Numbered from the stretch's first letter, positions 38,986 to 53,194 are shown. The stretch: 64,000 nucleotides of DNA from Octopus bimaculoides (GCF_001194135.2 NC_068981.1:9689020-9753019); one strand, 5' to 3'. The notes: generated by a model from the sequence alone, not told the origin. Program-made: numbers and translations.

Positions 38986-41302
38986 GTCAAATACACATTT
39001 GTTTAGTAATTGCGAAAGAATTGTCTTACATCTAACTTCCAGACCTTACGAATCTTGAGGAAATTTACCTGAAATTCAGTTCCGAAAAGATGGCCAAACA
39101 CGGTCAGATGATATAAATACCTTTATTGACCAAATATTTAAATTATTAGTTATGGATTGCTCAATATAGGCAACGGCTGTATTATAGATCTATAATGTGT
39201 TTTTAATAACTTTATGAACAATACACAAAAATTTTTTAAAATTTCAATATTTCAAAATATAGAATTTCTCACCCTTGTTTAGCTCAGTCACAAAACCTGG
39301 AAATAAACTCTTGAGAATATTATTTTAGAGATAGGATTGCAGTACTCGAAGCAAATGTAGCAGCATAGCGTAAAATCCGATCTAAAGTTAAAGTCTCTTT
39401 CACATACAGATAGCAAACCGTTAACTTTATTTGGGTATTCAAACATTTGAAAGCAACGTTAATATCACCTAATAAAGCAGGCATTTTGTATATGAAAGTT
39501 TATCAAACTCCTTCAAAAGATTTGTCAATAAAATATAAAGTAATGAGCCGTTTCGTCTTTCGTAATTTCCTCTATGCAGTGTAATATCTTACATATCATA
39601 AGTTATATTTATAGAAAACACCACTGCATCATTCTTTGTTTTAATCATTAAAAAAAAAAAAAGTTTTTGAATTTGTTTCCGTTTAATTTCATTGACCGTC
39701 CATATCCTATAACTCTCTTTAATATCTAATTCTATTTTCTCATGATGTGTTTCTACATTTAATTAACTCTAAATGTTCTCCAACATTTGTCATCTTATTA
39801 CTCGCATCACATACTTAATATTTACAGATATTTCAAAATAAAATAATCATTTCTATCCTTTGCAATTTCATACTGTTTGATTTCTATCTTGATATTTACA
39901 ATTTTCGGAAAAAAACTTGTTTAGAATGTACAATAGTTTTGGCATATTCCTGTAAGTGAAAGATTCTATAAAAGCCCTGTTTATAATTCAATACTTTGAT
40001 GTGTTTTATCTTTTTGGCTTTCACGATTATTTTGTAAGTCTGTCAAATACATTTACATACAGTCGGAGATAACTGCCTGTACAGGAACACACACAGCTAG
40101 ACTGCTGTACTAAAACCGAGATAAATATATGGACACACCGCCACACACATGTACACAAGCATGTTATGTAACCATACGTTATATACAATACAATGAGCAA
40201 ACAACAAATTAAATGTGATATAGAAAACGAACATAAAAGATAGAAAAACAATTGGAAAGTAGCGCTTACCATTTTATTATTATTCTTTTAGCTTTCTAAG
40301 TACAAAACATTTATTATTGTTAGCCATTTCAGAAAAAGATAAGATTTACGATGGATTTACTGTGCTGGTGTCTTTTGTTCTTTGACAAACGAGATATTAA
40401 ACTTTCTTTATCTTATACATAAAACAGCGCCGAGGCAAGAAAACAAGTTTTCCTTCTGAATAGATAAGCCGTTTCTTGACTATTAACTAGTCTCTATAGG
40501 ATTTCTTTAGTCAAGGTTCGTTGAGCAGCACGTTTTCATAGACAGATTCATTTAAACCATGTGAAGAAATACTTGTAATTTGATTAAACTCTCTAGCTAT
40601 TTTCCAATAAATGTTTTAAAGTTCGAATAAAATTATAAATTTGTTATCAGATTAAAGTTCATTTCATTTACTAATTCTCAGTCTCTCCCGTCGTTTAGGT
40701 CGAACTAGTATGCAAGACACTGCCAAAAAATATGATACTGAGAAAAAAATTTATTGCTATATATTATGTTCATTTTGTATTTTTGCAACCTTCCTTCTGG
40801 ACGCCGTTGATAATACCTGTCTTCTTATTCATCTGAGAGTCATCCTTTCCAATTAAAAAAAATTGGCCCATGCAGCTCACGCGGTGTTTCATGAATAACA
40901 TAATGCAGATTCTTTTTTTCTTGCTCGCTTACTTTATTTTGCCGTAATTTTACTTATCTCCTTAAACAATGTTAGTGGATTAGTTTAATGGGCAGATGTA
41001 TTTTATGTATTTGTCTTCCGGGTTTCCTTCTTATAAGCTCAGACTAGAAACCCTAATGACATGTTGAAATTGATCTTTGTAAAATAGTGAGGATTAAATT
41101 ACAGATAGTGATTTTAACGTTAACGATGTCTTATGATTTCTTGTATACAGATGTGTGCATCACTTTACAGAATGCTTAATAGTGAATCATATGATACCCT
41201 CAAAAATTATGTGAAATGTTTTTCTCCCCTTTTCCTTGTGAGATTGGCCAATCTTTGCCACGGAATTGCTAAGTTGCTGCATATTCTTGCATACTGATAT
41301 TC

Positions 41303-41512
41303 TTTTCTATTCTAGGCACAAGGCCTGAAATTTTGGGAGAGAGGGCCAGTCGATTAGATCAACCACAGTACGTAACTGATACTTAATTTATCGACTCCGA
41401 AAGGATGAAAGGCAAAGTCGACCTCGGCGGAATTTAAACTCAGAACGTAGCGGCAGACGAAATACTGCTAAGCGTTTCGTCCGGCGTGCAATGTTTCTGC
41501 CATCTCGCTGCA
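41303..41512 (-). mobile_element. SINE family A
   Basis: reverse-complement match. Confidence 0.85.
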
Positions 41513-41952
41513 TTTTCTGGCAGGCTGATATCTATACGCAATGGTAAATAGAAACTATCACATATAGTCTACTAGTTTCCGTTAAAGCAACCGTTTAAAG
41601 TCAATTCAGTTGCAAGAAAAGTTGGTTCAAGTCTTGCACAGATTGCAAAGGTGGACTGTTCCTTTCTTGCTTTTTTTCCCATTTAAAACTGAAATAGAAT
41701 AAAACATTTCGAGTTGTTGAAATTATGTTAATACAGGTGCAAGCATGATTCTGGGGTTAAGGCAAGTGTATTCTACTATTGCCCTAGTTAGACCAATGTC
41801 TTAAGTGAATTTGGTAGGTGGAAACTGTGTGGAAGCCCGACGTGCCGCGTATGTGTGTGTGTTTATATATATATATATATATATGATCACATGACCGACC
41901 AGGCTATCGGATGCGACACATCGCAGGTCACAATGCATTTTTATATCTATAT

Positions 41953-41986
<34 letters not shown>

Positions 41987-42464
41987 AACATATGAGATCC
42001 AGCGGTTCTCAATATATAAAACACTAAGTGGCACTTAAATGATTTGAATTTACACTCCGAGATCCTTACCACTACACCTTGCCTTACACTTCATCGCTTC
42101 TACCTTTAGATTTCCCAGGATCGTGATGTGAATTGTGAGATTTTTATCTCTCCATCCTGAGAACAGAAGTGGGATCTCTTCAATGTTAATTTGCTTCCAT
42201 TACTGGAAGTGTATTCTGGTGAACTACGAAGTAACTCTGAACCCCTAGAAACAGCTGTCGGAGTTGCAACACCATACCCACTCCCCTTTGTACTCCGTGT
42301 AAATTTAATCTCTTAATATATATATATCTATACATTTATAGTTGAATAGTCATCGTCTGAAAATGTTGAGTCTTTCTTTCTCTCCATTCACATATATACA
42401 TGCACAATATATATATTTTGTATATCAAATCCAAGCAGCAGCTTTATTTGTATACTTGCATAAT

Positions 42465-42715
42465 TCTCTCTCTCTTACACACATACTCTCTCACACACAC
42501 TCTCTCACACACACACTCTCTCTCTCATACACTCACTTTCTCTCTCACTCACTCTCTCTCTCACACTCTCTCTCACACTCTCTCTCACACTCTCTCTCAC
42601 ACTCTCTCTCACACTCTCTCTCCCCCACACACACTCTCTCTCAAACACACTCTCTCTCTCACACACTCTCCCTCTCACACACACACACTCTCTCTCTCTC
42701 ACTCTCTCGCCATAT
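42465..42715. repeat. complex (CT/CA) simple repeat
   Basis: ctctctcaca-type units; explains the S/H/L/T-rich pseudo-ORFs at 42342-43114. Confidence 0.95.
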
Positions 42716-42832
42716 NNNNNNNNNNNNNNNNNNNNNNNNNNNNNNNNNNNNNNNNNNNNNNNNNNNNNNNNNNNNNNNNNNNNNNNNNNNNNNNNNNNNN
42801 NNNNNNNNNNNNNNNNNNNNNNNNNNNNNNNN

Positions 42833-42883
<51 letters not shown>

Positions 42884-42894
42884 CACACACACAC

Positions 42895-43090
42895 ACACAC
42901 ACATTTTGTGTATCTGGTTGCCAACCACATCCGGTACTGGTTTGTTTACACGTCCCCATAACTGTTCGGCAAAAGAGAACAAATACCAGATTAAAAAATA
43001 TAATTTAAGTATTAGGGTTGATTTGACTGAAGCTCTTTCAGGCGTGCCCCAGCATAGGTGCAGTGTAATGACTGAAATAAGAAGATAAAA
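42895..43090 (+). mobile_element. SINE family B, 3' half
   Basis: gtttacacgtccccataactgttcggcaaaagag...ccccagcat. Confidence 0.7.
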
Positions 43091-43509
43091 TACGATGTAG
43101 CGAGATTGTGTCATTCAATTTTACTCCATACGATTCGTTTGTGTAGCTAAAAAACAGTCAAGGCGGTACTCCAGCATTGCCTTGACTGTGTTGGCTTAAA
43201 CAAATAAAAAAAACAAACTATAGGACATTTCACACTCTGTAAGTCTGAGGACTTAAGCCTATTTAAAAATCAATATAAATCGATGTGAAAAAAATCAATA
43301 TCAATCGAAATGAAAAAGCTACTGAAGATTTTTTATATTTTTATAATGGCGCACTAATCAATGTTTCCCAGATATCAGGTTTATCGCGTACACGGGACAA
43401 TAATTTGATAAATGTAAGGACATACAAAGGTGTGTTAGTTACTATCATAGTATGGTTTATTTGTATTTACTTATAAAACAGGAATAATGCCCCAAAGGTA
43501 TTAATCAAT

Positions 43510-43528
43510 CTTTCTCCCCCTCTCTCTC

Positions 43529-43563
<35 letters not shown>

Positions 43564-43670
43564 CTCTTTCTCTCTTTCTCTCTTTCTCTCTCTCTCTCTC
43601 CCTCTCTCTCTCCCTCTCTCCCTCTCTCTCTCCCTCTCTCTCTCCCCCTCTCCCCCCTCTCTCTCTCTAT
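43510..43670. repeat. (CT)n-rich polypyrimidine simple repeat
   Basis: explains the RE-rich pseudo-ORFs. Confidence 0.95.
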
Positions 43671-43884
43671 ATATATACATATGTTCACATATACATATAT
43701 ATATATGTATATATATATACATACACACATACATACTCGTGCACGCGCAACACACACACACCACATATATAACATGAATGTCAGAGCGCTTACAAATACA
43801 TATTCATTCACCTTTTACGCTAATAATTGGATTACGGATTATTTACGCAAACACTTAAGTCATAATTTATTACAATGAAAAGCG

Positions 43885-44075
43885 ATGCGCGAGCAGAATC
43901 GTTAGCACGCCGGACAAAATGCTAAGAGACATTTTGTACGTAGTTATGTTCTGAGTTCAAATTTCACCGGGATCGGCTTTGCCTTTCACCGAGATCGGAT
44001 TTGGGGTTCGATAAAATATAATCGACTCACCCACCGCCTCAAAATTACTGCCCTTGTGCCAAACTTGGAAACCAT
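43885..44075 (+). mobile_element. SINE family A
   Basis: gcagaatcgttagcacgccggacaaaatgc. Confidence 0.8.
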
Positions 44076-44164
44076 TACTTACTAAAATGAAATAAGTTGT
44101 AATAGAAATCATATAACAGAGGATCATAAGTGGTTGTTTTATGTTTCGTGTTTCGGATCTCGCC

Positions 44165-44425
44165 CATGTTGTTGCTTGTTCCTTCTCGAGCCATGCCTGG
44201 CTCACAAGGGCCGGTTTCCCGGTTTCATTGGCGTATAGGTTTTACCACCTGGACGTAAGCTGCTAGATGAAAGAGTGAGGAAGTTGTGGTGAAAGAATCC
44301 GCAGAAGTTCGCCATTACCTTCTGCCGGAGCCGCGTGGAGCTGAGGTGTTTCGCTCATAAACACACACATCGCCCGGTCTGAGATTCGATCTCTCGACCG
44401 CAAGTCCGCTGCTCTAAACACTGGA
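44165..44425 (-). mobile_element. SINE family C (third tRNA-derived family)
   Basis: minus strand: tttagagcagcggacttgcggtcgagag..atcgaatctcagaccgggcgatgtgtg tRNA-like head; tail gaaggaacaagcaacaac. Confidence 0.7.
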
Positions 44426-44751
44426 TCTCGGCATAACCAATGTTAACTCTCTTTTCTGCTTAAAAAACCCACAGATTCAGATATATTTTGGGTGAAGTGA
44501 AAACTTTTGCTTCTTTTTTGCTACTTTTGCTTAAAGAGATTGACAAGAAATTTACCTGACATAAATTAAATTCTGTGGTTGATTTGTTCCATTAAAACTT
44601 TGAAGGTGATGCCCTCACTTGGCATCGTCCTAACATCTGCAAATCAATGTCGTAAAATGAAGTAGATGGAGTTAGAAGTTTAGCGACTTGTATTTCTGCG
44701 TAGGAACGACCAGCACAAGATGTTTGGCGGTGGAAAGTAGTTTGGTGGACA

Positions 44752-45110
44752 TAGGCATGGCTGTTTGGTTAAGAAGTTCGATTTGCAACCACCTGGTTTC
44801 GGATTCAGTTACACTGCGCAACACCTTCGATGAGTGCCTCAGGCCGATAAATGATTTCTGAGTGAATTTGGTGGACGGAAACTACGTGGAAACCCGTTAT
44901 GTGCGTGTGTGTGTATGTATGTACCTCTTTGTTGTCCTCCATAACGCTTGAAAGCCGATGCTGGTTTGTTTACGTTCTTGTAATTTAGTAAAGAACGCAA
45001 TACAATAAGTACCAGATTTAAAGATAATAATTACCTGACTAAACTCAAGGCGGCGCCTCAGCATGGCCGCAGTCCTATTATTGAAACAAGTAAAAGATAA
45101 AAGATACAGT
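44752..45110 (+). mobile_element. SINE family B, diverged
   Basis: head and tail motifs (ggcggcgcctcagcatggccgcag). Confidence 0.75.
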
Positions 45111-48100
45111 TTATTCATGATATATAAAGTTTTATGATGACATCAGTCTAAAATGTAAGTGTTATTATAAAATATTATATCGTAGGCAAAGATTATATAT
45201 AATCGTAAGTACACCCTTATTACCATTTCAAATATGCATGTGGCATATTCGAGTCGTCAAGAAAGCTACCCGCTGTATTTTGTCATAGAAGAAATTTCTC
45301 GCTGTAGATAAATGCGTGTAAATACACTGAGTCAGCTCTGAGCGCAATAAAATGTGAACCATGGAGGCGCTGCGAACTGACTGGGTGTATTTATACCTAT
45401 TTGTCTTCAGCGAGAACTTTTCTCCATGACAAAATACAGTGAATACATATTCTTACGGGCTCGAATATACCTCAAGCTTATTTGAACTGGTAGAGTTTGT
45501 ACTTATCCTGTATATAATGATGATGCTGGTCCAACTTAAGCATACAACCAGATTGATTAGTACGTTTTTATCGACTCTGGGTGGATGTAAAGTAAAGTTG
45601 AACCAAGAATGTGAAGGACGTGATCTCAAGGGTTCTTTTCATTCCTTGTCTACTGATTCTTCCGAAAGAGAGTTGAAATAAAAATTAAAAAGGATTTGGT
45701 TGGTGGGGCTCTTGTCAAAGGATGGCACGAAGCCTTGTTATCTGCTGCAGTCGCCTGCTACGTTTTCCTAGCAAGATCGATATGCTATTTCCTACAAAAA
45801 ATCGGTTTGCAACCCAAATATTAAAGAAAACCACCAAGGAGATCGTCATAACAAGTGAAACTTGTTCAATATGGTTTTGGTTGACAAGAAATCAAAGAGG
45901 AACTCTTCTGCGGGCATGATGTAATCTAGTTCCCGCTGCCCTATTCAGAAGCGCGCAGGTTAAAGGGCGAAAAAAGTGTGATTCTGACGCACTTCCTGAA
46001 GATGTGGACAGGTTTTCAAAATTGCGATAGCTTTTGTCGTCATCAGAGGAGGTTGATATATCTATAAATAGCTTCAGCAGTTTATGTGTAGGGCAAAGTA
46101 TCTGAAATGTTTATTTAATTGTCAATGGATGCGCAAGAGAATGATGATTTTTATAATTTGTCAAATTGTCTCTATCTTCATGCTAAATTAGTAACTGGTT
46201 AAGCTGAAACAATTTAAAGAATTTAAAAAAAATTCAATGCTATAATGCTGTTGTAACGTGTGCGAAAACCTAATCTGCAGACAACAGGCGAAAATCCTTG
46301 AGTTTTGCCATTAAGAATATTTCAGGAACACATGTTCCAAAATGTGATTCGAACATACAAGTCTCACTTAAGAATTGAGCAAGATAGAGTAAATGAGCAA
46401 ACTTTTCAAGGTCTTCTTATACAATTCTTTTGTCCGGGTAAACGCTAAGCTACCACACGCTCCACGTGCCATTGATTTTCGCGGAGAAAGGGAAAAGCTT
46501 TTACTTTTGGCTTTTTCAAAACCCTTCAGATATATCCTATACCAAGTAAAATGGTCCTATCTAGAAAGAAAACTTTGATATATGTTGCGGATAAGTTCCT
46601 TGTAGCAATTCGTACAAATAATAATTCATCACAGAACTATTATATTGGTATATGGTAAGTAGGAATAGCTGATTGCATTGCAAACTGAAGTGTTTTTATT
46701 TAAAGAAGACAAGTAATAGAAATGCTATATAAACTAACATACCACTTCCGTTCATCGTTTTTATGATCATTTGTGTATTACATAAATATTTTCCAAATTA
46801 TTCAATCTATGATTATCATCACAATTCATTTATAACGAAAGCGAAACGTTTGGCATGCATCACGTGTCGAAATATGATGCAACCGAAAACCAACCGATAT
46901 TGCTTGACTTGAGAAAGAACGGGGAGAAAATTTTACGAATAAGCATATTATTTGTACCGTTAAGAATATAGTGTCGATAATAATAGTATTTAAGCATTGA
47001 ATAAATAATTATGTGTAAAAGAATGAATGAAGCTCTTAAATGTTGCCATTAACTATTTATTTTACCTTCATTCGCACGAAATATATTATATTTATTTCAA
47101 GCTGCAGCTGGTAAATCTGTTTCTCTTCCCATAAAGTAAGAGTTTTCTCATACGTTTACAAAACAGCGAATATAAAGGTAAAAATAATTCAGGGACAAAC
47201 TTCAAACACTCCCATTTATTTTTCTCATTGACATCTAATTTCAGGATAAAGCATACTGCAAAAATCGAAATAAACTGTCCTTTTGAACACATGATCAAAT
47301 GCAAAGAGGGTTTGTTTGTTTTTTATTTTTTTTTTTAGCTTTTTTTTTTAGCAATCCTGGAAAGCTGTTTACATTGTTGTCATTGGTGATTTATTGATCT
47401 TCTCCCTGAGTAAAAGAGAAACCAGATAAAATAGAAGTAAACACTCTGTCGCCCTTTGCAATCACTGAAAAAGTGACGTCAAAAAGACAACAACAATAAT
47501 TATCTGTCATCCTATTTTTAAACTACTCCCACACTGACTTCTAACGTTACTGAATCACTAAGAATCCATCTTTATTCGAAAAATATAAACTAAATAACTA
47601 ATTCCTCTCATTCAGAGACCTCAGTAACATGGAGCATTTAACTGTTCGTTTTGTATTCTAATTAACTGTTATACTACTATCCTTGTAGGAAAGGGACGAA
47701 ATCGTTGACAGCAATATTTCTTTAAGGTTTGTCCTTTTTCGTATTGATTTCTAGATTTAGAAAGATTTTTTAATTTTTTGTTTGTTCCTAAGCTGGTAAC
47801 ATGATTTTTGTAACATAAAGCATCATCTTATATAATAGTGGAAGGGAACACAATAAACCCTTTAAAGTGCAGTTGTCTACTATTAAACAAGTAATTTATG
47901 AATTAAACATAGAGAAATGTCTAAGTTTTATTGTTCTTCATATTATCACTTATGCTCAAGAATGGTTTCAAACCACTTTGAGAAAATGGGTTTATTATTG
48001 AAGTAATACAAACAAACAAACAGAAAATGACTGGTTTGTAATTACTTCCGGAACGGATAGCTTAGTACATGTTTACTAAAAACAGTCTCTTTAGAAGTAA

Positions 48101-48234
48101 TCCAACACTGCGATTTGCAAGATAACCTCGTTAGTGGTGGGGTGGGGTAAGAAGTTAGAGTTAATGAGAATCCTGATACTATAGCCAATTTCGACGCCGT
48201 TGTTGTTTGACTCACCTTAGCTTCAGACAGAGCA

Positions 48235-48450
48235 TGATGGTTTCAAATGTTGGCACAGGGCCAACGATTTTAACGGAGGGAATAAGTCGATTATATTTTT
48301 AGCGGAATAAACAAGTACTCAACTGGTACTTATTTTAAGGACGCCGAAAGGATGAAGGGCGGAATTTGCACTTTGAACGTAATGAGTCGGAAGAAATATC
48401 GTAAAGCATGTTATCAATTCTCTGACGGTTCTGCAAACTTGCTGCCTTCT
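48235..48450 (-). mobile_element. SINE family A, diverged
   Basis: reverse-complement match. Confidence 0.7.
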
Positions 48451-49908
48451 TCCGAACAAGCATAATAATGAGCGAAAATGCTAGAGCCATGAACATGCTT
48501 TCCTTCTTTTGAGATATAGTGTATCCAACACTTCATTAACTCTAAATCCTTCATCTCCTCAAAACAGTCGGATGTGATTTAGAAGAGATTCGGCTTCTAT
48601 TTCCGATGAGTCACGCACTATCTCACGGCAGAAATGTTTCGACTGTCTTAAAACATGTTTTTCCTAAACTGTCCTTTAAAAGTAATCCCTTATTCATAAC
48701 CACTTCTATTCCAGTATACAATTTAGTCAGCGATAGAGATGTCCGTTTATCTTAAATCCCCGCTTTACAGAATTTTTCTAGCAAGTAGATCAAGGATTCT
48801 TCATGGTTTACGAACATGTTAACTAATATTTCTTTGTTGCTGTTTAGACAAAGGTTACTTCGGATCTGGCAGATTTGCATTCAAATATATTCTAATCATA
48901 ACCATCTCATCTTGTTTACAGGAGCTTTTTTGTGCATTTGGGATTAAGTTATCTGATATGTCTTTAGTGTAACCTTCCCCTTTTAAGGCTGTAGGGTGTG
49001 ATTTGAACATTTGACTACTATTTATAGCAGGTCGAGTAACAACGAGCGCGATCTCTCTGGAGCGCATTATCTGCTTGGAACTATGCAAGTATACTGGTAT
49101 TTAAATATACACCCCTAAGGAATCATATATGACCATTCTTTCTTTTTCTTACGCTATTATCCAGAAACCTAATCCTTTGGTAAATATTTGAAAAGTTACT
49201 GCATTCCACAGTAAGACACTGAAGTGTCATATCTATTTTATTTCTTGAATATAGGGAACATAATAGCATATTTCCGTTTTGCTGATGTTGTCTCCAACCT
49301 TATAGTGATCTCCTCTCTAAGAGTTCTCCGAATGATTTCAGAAAGTTCGTTATGTTAAGTGCCATCAGAACCGTCATATACTTGCATATGTATCTGTGTG
49401 TGATTTTTGTTGAAATGAGATACCATCAAGATGGAAGCCAGGTAGCACATTTGGCTGTCTAGGAGCTTGCAGTAATTTCAAGCGTTGGTCTTAACCGACA
49501 TTAAATATTTCTTGCTTCTTGAGCCGGTTACGTTGTCGGTCACCGCAGAAATTTTTCGACTGCAAGTGCCTTTGTTGGTTATTCTATCGATCTACGTCAT
49601 TCATTCATTCATTCGAGGTGCTTTTCATCAAGTGCGCGAGATGATTTATACTTTCACAGCTCTCAGAGTGAGCCCTACTAGCTTATATACGACAGTTATA
49701 GCATGTTCGGAGACGGCAGTATACATGCTTTATCTATTCCTCGTCGTTCACAAAGAGGCCAAGATCGAAGAAATCGTCTGATACTACTAAATTATTTTGA
49801 AAAGAATATTTTTCTTTCGCTTAGAAGCTGATTTTACTTTGTTTTCACTCGGATAAATTTATCGGGAGTGTTTCTGTTATTTTAATTTCCTTTTTTATAT
49901 GATATACA

Positions 49909-50163
49909 TTGGGTTGGTGCATAATTATCGCGGCTTTTATCAACAAATTTTATTTAACAAAAGCAATAACAATATTTAACAAAAACATCTTTACATGACT
50001 GTCTGACCGCCTGCCAAGCAAATGGGAACAATAATTGAAGTAGATGGTGAATATGCTCCGGAATAATCATTTAAAGATGTCTTTGTTACATGTTGTTATT
50101 GTTTTTGTTGAATAAAATTTGTTTAAAAAAATAATAAGCCGCAATAATTATGCACCAACCCAA
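49909..50163. mobile_element. mariner-derived foldback MITE with about 95-bp inverted arms
   Basis: TIR ttgggttggtgcataattatcgcggctttt resembles the Hsmar1 TIR; spacer encodes the transposase C-terminal tail RLPSKW(E)TIIEVDGEYAPE* with a 1-nt deletion. Confidence 0.9.
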
Positions 50164-52479
50164 TACATATATAATTCATAAAAAAGGAAATTAAACCAAC
50201 AGAAACAATGTTGATAAATTTATTCAAGGCAACATCTATAGAGACATTCTTTTCCATGTTGCATCCACAATAAATATCATGAAAGGTTTTAATTGAATGT
50301 TATATTTTGTTTTCATTTAGTATCTATGGCCACACCTCTGATTAATGTAACGTTTTGAAGTTGGATATAACTATAGCTTCTTTAGAATTGTTATTGTCTA
50401 GAAAATAGCGAGCTAACGAACCACTTGTCAAATTTATAAAGAATCCCTTACTTCTATATTCTACAGTACCTTCAGGTATTGATATAACGCAAAGTTTTTT
50501 AAAAGTAGACGAGAATTTGTAAAAGCTTCGCTTTGTGTTACTTTGATCCAATTTGTCTTTTCAGCAGCAAATGCATTGATGATAAAATTGAATAATCACA
50601 TATTATGTTACATGTTCCCACTCTATGATCAAACACTTCACAGACCAAATGCTTAATATGAAAAATACGCTAAACAAAAGATAAAAAGAAACCCATTCTA
50701 TACAATTTACCTGTATTATACTCTAATACATCGCATGAAGATTGTAGTAACAGGAATATTGCGACATGTAAATAAATAGCGAGTTAGTAGCGTTTGGTTT
50801 TACTGCAAATACAACACGAACCTCAATAGGAAATCGAGATGTGTCTTAATCATTAGAATATTCATTAGCATGGTAGTTCGTTACTACACCTCCAACCATA
50901 GAAAATATTTCCCATATGGTTGCTTTCTACATTTAGGAATGACATAATGGTGTGCAATTTTCGATGACCAAATTTTTCGTAACCTATAATTTCTAGAGTA
51001 TTGTTCGTATCATTATACGTTGTGTGAACATTTGTATAAAATACCTTCATTATTTTTAATTATATGAATTCTTCCTATGAAGAAGGAAACAATCCTTCAG
51101 CCCTAGAAGGTTGATAACAAAGATGAAGAGCTACACATTGAATATAATCTTGCATATTCGTACTGTGCTGCTTACAGATTATAAATCGCGTCTAAATACG
51201 TATGTAAGCATGTGTTTGCATACGTGCTGCTGCAGCCTTTTCTTCCTTCAGATTGTTCCGTTCGTTCAAGATGAGATAATCAAGAGGACCATTTATGTCT
51301 GCTTGCAGCAGCATAAACACTTGCAACAACTGGCGAAAGCGCATGGTTTATGCTATCAAGTTTTAGAAGCTTCGCTGACACCGCTATGCTCTTGGGCGCG
51401 CGCTGAGCTCCACTAGTGTCTAATCACGTTGCTTCAAATTGTAGTTACAAGACAGATAGAAGATATTTCTTTACTGTACAATGAAAGTGCTGGTTATATG
51501 AATACATATTTGGGTATATATTCATATTTCCAGTACCCACATGATACATTATTATTGAGTATATATATAGCATTCTTCGTTAAATATTATGCTATCGATC
51601 GGTAAATTGTCAGATTAGTTCGTAAATCATTTTTATATTAGAAACATGTATATACAGTTATTTGGGTCGCACCCCATGCTCGTGTCGCGAAATAATGTGT
51701 TAACCTGGACAAGGTGACTCTTGATTCGGGGCAACATTTTTCTAGCAACAATATGAAGCAACAAAAACACTGTAATCATTAAGTTAACAGACAAAGTATT
51801 TGTCTGTCAGCTTCATGTTCCTGTTTTAACCAGAACTGATCACATCCTCTGCAAGTTTCCTTTAAAACAAGTCATAAAGTATTCATTATATACGTAATAT
51901 ATACAGTTTAGACAAACTGTATACAGCTTTTATATCGGATTCTGGAGTTAATTGCTAAGTAGTTTTTTAATCAGTTTAGTGTTTCCTTCTTTATTAATAA
52001 CCTTAAATCTATTTATGCCAGCATAGTTGATCCTCATTTATCCAACCTCAGCTTCACAAGACCTTTACCGAAAATGTAAAACTTTTAAAGTTATATTGAA
52101 CTATAAGGTCTCTATCTAGTGATTGTCTTATGTGTTCTCTCCAGCAACAATCGATGAGCATTTTCATTAATGTCTTGGGTATAGCAACAAATATTCAGAT
52201 CCGATTCTGCATGCTATGCTACATTTTGGTTTATTCTTAAGCTGACTTAATTAAAGATCAAGTTTTTCTTAATATGATTTCAGATAGTTAATTGATGAGG
52301 TTTTAACAATTTGGTAACTGTCATACTTTAGAGTTACCGCCGACCACAGATCTAAATATACATCTCGTATGTATACGCCTGGGAAAGATGTTTTGAGGAA
52401 GATCCATGCAAGCAAATCTTACATTTCCATGCCACCGATGTTTATCCACCAAATTGAGCTAATACAGCTTGGTACCGGT

Positions 52480-52710
52480 GCCATCACAGGAGTTGCTGTT
52501 GAAACTCAAAGAATCAGAACAAATACCACAAGGCATCTTAGCGGACCCTCTAACAGTTCTACCAATCCACCGCCTGGATCGATTCTTTTTCAATCAATCC
52601 CGAAAAGATAACAAGCAAAGTTGACGTCAGTGGGATTCGAACTCAGAGAGTTGGAACAAATAACTTAACGCATTCTATTCACCACTCTGACCCAGCCAAT
52701 TCAGTGCGTT
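52480..52710 (-). mobile_element. SINE family A, diverged
   Basis: cccgaaaagataacaagcaaagttgacgtcagtgggattcgaactcaga. Confidence 0.6.
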
Positions 52711-53194
52711 TTGATTCATATTGACGCAGATTAACTCCAAGAAAATTCTATGCTACCCACACACATATACTTCTATAATTGATTCTCCTTTCCATTGTTT
52801 ACGTAATTGTTACCATTTTCTGCTGTCATTATTGTTCTGATGTCTAGTCAAGTTGCTTGCAGTAATGACTCTCCACCCATTTAAAGAATCGTATTTCGTA
52901 TCGCATACAACTTTGTAAAATGGATTTTGATGGAAAGGTTTCTCCGATTCGAAGTAATCAAAAGAATGGCTATTGGCATAAATGTGGGAGTGACAGTTAT
53001 ATTACATTTAATTATTAGTTGCCTACACTAAAATTTCTGAATACAGCAGTCGTGCCAAGTCAGTGAGAGGTGAAGGCATTGATCCAATATTTTTTGAAGT
53101 TAAACCGCATTAAAAACGATGTACGAGATTTTCCAAACGAATTTAGATAAAGCTCGAGGTTTTTTTTTTCACTCAAAAAGTATGCTTCCGGTTT

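Noticed and set aside
39200-39560. Possible L1/Tx1-like RT remnant (KVNGLLS, minus); similar hint at 21350-21800 (+)
   Set aside because: Single short motifs each; could be chance in AT-rich DNA.
42342-43811. Longest ORFs in the track (248 aa, 202 aa, RE-rich)
   Set aside because: They are translations of CT/CA/TA microsatellites and N runs.
45720-46080. Coding-looking minus frame DISTSSDDDKSYRNFENLSTSSG
   Set aside because: Weak acceptor, no donor, no recognisable protein.
47474-47481. Perfect CRE site TGACGTCA (another near 52622)
   Set aside because: An 8-mer is expected by chance in 64 kb; the second lies inside a SINE.
49485-49781. 98-aa ORF
   Set aside because: TTG start, no recognisable homology.
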